Source of the DNA: an uncultured delta proteobacterium
GTDB lineage: Bacteria > Desulfobacterota > Desulfobaccia > Desulfobaccales > 0-14-0-80-60-11
DNA length: 64,000 bases
Reading direction: 5' to 3'
NCBI GenBank assembly: GCA_963812015.1
Contig: CAWETI010000003.1
Span: 608,001-672,000 of the forward strand
The position numbers and the translations under genes were made by a program. Every line of letters begins with the position of its first letter. The first letter of the stretch is position 1. The notes under the pieces are model-generated. The model was not told the DNA's origin, made no database searches, and saw nothing but the letters and a program-made list of their open reading frames with translations. Below, one piece after another: positions 60,531-64,000 of this stretch.

Positions 60531-63500
60531 GTGATGGCCTCTATCCGGCCATTGGATCGGGTGGCCCACCCCCGGGTACTGGTGGTGGGCGGCGGCATTG
60601 CCGGCATCCAGGCCGCCCTGGAGGTGGCGGCCGCGGGGCTGCCGGTGATCCTGGCGGAAGCGGGCTTGTCCATCGGCGGCCAGATGGCCCAATTGGACAA
60701 GACCTTCCCCACCAACGACTGCGCCATGTGCATCCTGAGCCCCCGGATGCTGGAGATCTCCCGCCACCCCCTGATCACCATCCAGACGTCCACCCAGGTC
60801 TTGCAGGTCCGGGGCCAGGCCGGGGATTTTCAGGTCCTCCTAAGCCGGAGGCCCCGGTGGGTGGACGTGAGCAGATGCACCGGCTGCGGCGAGTGTGTCC
60901 GGGTGTGCCCCCAGAGTCTCCCGGACCCCTATAATCTCGGGTTCAGCCGGACCAAAGCCATTCACGTGCCCTTTCCCCAGGCCATCCCCCAGGCCGCCTC
61001 CATCACCCCGGAGGCCTGCCGGATTTTCCAGGGGAAGAGTTGCGAGGCCTGCGTCCAGGTCTGCCCGGCCGGGGCCATAAATCTTCAGGAGGGGACGGTG
61101 GAATGGACGGAGTCCGTGGGGGCCGTCATTGTCGCCGTGGGTGCGACCCCGGCGCCGGCCGGTGATTTCCCCGGCTATGGTCATCCCGACGTGGTGACCA
61201 GTCTGGAGTTCGAGCGGCTGCTGAGCGCCACCGGTCCCCAGGGCGGCAAGCTGCTGCGGCCGTCGGACCACACCGCACCCGCCCGCCTGGCCTTCATCCA
61301 GTGCGTGGGGTCCAGGGACCCCCAGGCCGGGGCGGCGTATTGTTCGGCCCTGTGCTGCATGTCCAGCCTCAAGGAAGCCCTGGTGGCCCGGGAAATCAGT
61401 CCCCCGGGGGTGGAATCCACCATTTTTTACATGGATTTAAGGGCCCAGGGCAAGGGGTACGAGGGTTATCTGGAGCAAGCCCGGAGTCGCGGCGTCAGCC
61501 TGGTCCGCTCCCGGGTGACTGCGGTAACTCCCCGGACCGAGGGCGGGGTGCTGGTGCGCTCCACCGACCCGCGGGGGCGCCCCCAGGAGCAGCCCTTTGA
61601 TATGGCGGTGCTGGCCGTGGGGCTCCGGGCCGGGGGCAAGCTGCCGGGGTTAGCCAGGTGCCTGGGACTGGAACTCAATGAACACGGGTTCATCAAGACC
61701 TCGGCGTTGCTGCCGGTTTCCACCACCCGGGAGGGAGTGCTGGTCTGCGGCACCGCCCGGGAGCCCATGGACATCCCCGAATCGGTGACCACCGCCTCCG
61801 CGGCGGCGGCGCTGGCCTCCCGGCTGCTCACGACCGCCAGCCGCACCTGGGCTCCCAAGGTTGCGCCGCCTCCCAGCCGGGGCGCGGATTTTCCGCCCCG
61901 AATCGGGGTTTTTCTCTGTCACTGCGGCACCAATATCGCCAAGACCATCGACCTGGCGCACCTGGCGACCAAGGTGGCGAAGCTCCCCGGGGTGGCCCAC
62001 GTGGAAGACAACCTGTTTTCCTGCGCGGTGGAATCCACTACCCGGATGCGGGAAACCATCCAGACCCTGGGGCTCAACCGGGTGGTGGTGGCCGCCTGCA
62101 GTCCCCGGACCCACGAAGGGGTGTTCCGGGAGGTCCTGGCCGCGGCCGGCCTGAACCCGGGCTACTTCGCCTTTGCCAACATCCGGGAACAGTGCGCCTG
62201 GGTCCATCAGACGGAGCCGGAGGCCGCCGGGGAAAAAGCCCTGGACCTCATCGCTATGGCGGTCTCCCGGGCGGCGGTGTTGTCCCCGATCAGGCCCCGG
62301 AGCTTTCCGGTGATTCCCCGGGCCCTGGTGCTGGGGGGCGGGGTGGCAGGCCTGAGCGCAGCGTTGACCCTGGCGGACCAGGGCTTTCACACCTACCTGG
62401 TGGAACGGGAAAGCACCCTGGGGGGACTGGCTCGGGAGCTGTTTTTTACCCTGGAAGGGCCGGACCCCCAGGACTTTCTCCACGCCCTCCAGGCCGCGGT
62501 CTACAGCCACCCCAATATTGAAGTCCATATCCAGACCGAACTGATCCGGGTCAAGGGGCATGTGGGGCAGTTTCAGAGCACCGTGCGCCGCCTCACCATG
62601 AACGGCTTCCAGGAGCGGGAACTTACCCACGGCGTCATCGTGGTGGCCACCGGGGGGCGGGAGTTTCAACCCCAGGGCCGCTATCTCTATGGGGAGGACC
62701 CCCGGGTGCTCACCCAGCGGGAGCTGGAGGGAAAGATCAATTTTAGCGACCTGGATTTGCCCAAAGTCCGGCAGGTGGTGATGATCCAGTGCGTCGGGTC
62801 CCGGGAGCCGGACCACCCCTATTGCAGCCGCCTGTGCTGCTCCCAGGCCCTCAAGAACGCCCTGTTGCTCAAGGAACGCTATCCCCTGATGGAGATTACC
62901 ATCCTCTATCGGGACATGCGGGCCTATGGGTTTCGGGAAAGTTACTATGTCAGGGCCAAGGACAAAGGGGTGGCATTTATTCCCTATGAAGCGGAGCGGC
63001 CTCCCCGCCTGAGCGCGGCCCGGCGGCGGCCCCTGACGGTTTGGGTCCAGGATGAGCTTTTGGGCCAGGAAGTGGCCCTGGCCGCGGACCTGGTGGTCTT
63101 GAGCACCGGGATCGAGCCGGCGGCGGGGAGCGATCAAGTAGCCCAACAGCTGAGGGTGTCCCAGACCCTGGACGGGTGGTTCCAGGAGGCCCATCAGAAA
63201 CTGCGGCCGGTGGATTCGGCCACCGAAGGGGTGTTTTTCTGCGGCATGGCCCACTATCCCAAGAGTTTAGGGGAAACCGCGGCCCAGGCCCAGGCCGCGG
63301 CCAGCCGGGCCGCGGGGATTCTCTTCCAGACGGAGCTGCTGGCGGGGGAGATGGTGGCCATGATCACCCCGGAGGCCTGCCGCCGCTGCCTGTCCTGTGT
63401 GGAGAACTGCCCCTTCGGGGCGGTGCAGGTGGTGGATACCAGACCGAAGGTGCGCCCGGAGCTCTGCCGGGGCTGCGGGGTCTGTGCGGCGGAATGTCCG

Positions 63501-63578
63501 GAGGGGGCCATCCACATGAGCCGGGGCAGCGATGCGGAGTTTGCCGTCCAGATTGAGGCGGCGATGGGGGGGAGTTGA
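60531..63578 (+). CDS. hdrA: Large heterodisulfide reductase subunit A-like protein (two FAD modules)
   Basis: VGGGIAG, LDKTFPTNDCAMC, QCVGSRD..YCS..CC, VFLCHCG, AACSPRTHE, second GGGVAG and QCVGSRE, C-terminal ferredoxin. Confidence 0.92.
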   Translation: MMASIRPLDRVAHPRVLVVGGGIAGIQAALEVAAAGLPVILAEAGLSIGGQMAQLDKTFPTNDCAMCILSPRMLEISRHPLITIQTSTQVLQVRGQAGDFQVLLSRRPRWVDVSRCTGCGECVRVCPQSLPDPYNLGFSRTKAIHVPFPQAIPQAASITPEACRIFQGKSCEACVQVCPAGAINLQEGTVEWTESVGAVIVAVGATPAPAGDFPGYGHPDVVTSLEFERLLSATGPQGGKLLRPSDHTAPARLAFIQCVGSRDPQAGAAYCSALCCMSSLKEALVAREISPPGVESTIFYMDLRAQGKGYEGYLEQARSRGVSLVRSRVTAVTPRTEGGVLVRSTDPRGRPQEQPFDMAVLAVGLRAGGKLPGLARCLGLELNEHGFIKTSALLPVSTTREGVLVCGTAREPMDIPESVTTASAAAALASRLLTTASRTWAPKVAPPPSRGADFPPRIGVFLCHCGTNIAKTIDLAHLATKVAKLPGVAHVEDNLFSCAVESTTRMRETIQTLGLNRVVVAACSPRTHEGVFREVLAAAGLNPGYFAFANIREQCAWVHQTEPEAAGEKALDLIAMAVSRAAVLSPIRPRSFPVIPRALVLGGGVAGLSAALTLADQGFHTYLVERESTLGGLARELFFTLEGPDPQDFLHALQAAVYSHPNIEVHIQTELIRVKGHVGQFQSTVRRLTMNGFQERELTHGVIVVATGGREFQPQGRYLYGEDPRVLTQRELEGKINFSDLDLPKVRQVVMIQCVGSREPDHPYCSRLCCSQALKNALLLKERYPLMEITILYRDMRAYGFRESYYVRAKDKGVAFIPYEAERPPRLSAARRRPLTVWVQDELLGQEVALAADLVVLSTGIEPAAGSDQVAQQLRVSQTLDGWFQEAHQKLRPVDSATEGVFFCGMAHYPKSLGETAAQAQAAASRAAGILFQTELLAGEMVAMITPEACRRCLSCVENCPFGAVQVVDTRPKVRPELCRGCGVCAAECPEGAIHMSRGSDAEFAVQIEAAMGGS

Positions 63579-63905
63579 GGACCGGCGGTGAATAATGGTC
63601 GGCAAAAGGTTGAAGCATAGTACAATATTTTCTAGAGGGCGAGATCAACAATAATTCAGGGGAGCATCCGATTGATAGAGAAAAGGCCGCTCTTGTGGGG
63701 GCGGGGCGCGAATCGCCCCTACGGAATGCTCCGATTGATAATTATGCAATGCAGGGGCGCACTGAGAGGGGCGAGATACAGGTTCCCCCTTACAAAAAAT
63801 TACAAAAAACTTGAACGTAATGGGTAGAAGTCCCGGCCGGGGCCGGTGACACTGCCCCTGGATTATCAAAGCTACCGGCTGCAGGCTTTTTACAGGAGAA
63901 CGGCC

Positions 63906-64000
63906 ATGAGAGAGAGTTATTGCGGTCTGTGTGACGATTGCCAGTTGGGCAACCCAGGCTTTATGGAGACGGTCTCCCGGCTGAAGGACTACCTAGGCCG
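63906..64000 (+). CDS. Start of a Cys-rich protein (DUF3795-like), truncated by the window edge
   Basis: AGGAG SD, then MRESYCGLCDDCQLG... Confidence 0.5.
   Translation, partial: MRESYCGLCDDCQLGNPGFMETVSRLKDYLG

Noticed and set aside
61650..63254. 534 aa minus-strand ORF and similar long antisense ORFs (57503-58939, 11463-12722, 23854-25026)
   Set aside because: They overlap well-supported genes on the opposite strand and show no protein family features.

Overview
GC-rich chromosomal window from an anaerobic bacterium; gene content suggests a deltaproteobacterium (Desulfobacterota, possibly Desulfobaccales-like), which is an inference. It carries LPS-type glycosyltransferases, two type II toxin-antitoxin pairs, an aryl/acyl-CoA ligase, purA, a porCDAB 2-oxoacid:ferredoxin oxidoreductase operon joined to NuoE/F/G-like (HydCBA/Bfu-like) subunits, pdxA, proC, nadC, valS, a futalosine-pathway menaquinone cluster, two paralogous outer-membrane beta-barrels, livHMFG-paaK, a REP-flanked tyrosine transposase, ftsK, a three-gene signalling cassette and a BirA-box bio operon with a frameshifted bioB. 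The most unusual locus is at the right end: intact FwdB-like and FwdA-like genes that both appear to have lost their catalytic metal ligands, followed by an FeS-FwdG fusion ferredoxin, HdrC and a tandem HdrA. Intergenic space is densely filled with palindromic repeats: a three-hairpin G/C-run family with about 11 copies and clear compensatory changes, several REP classes, and nested heptamer/octamer inverted repeats. All assignments come from motif recognition by eye; no searches were run.
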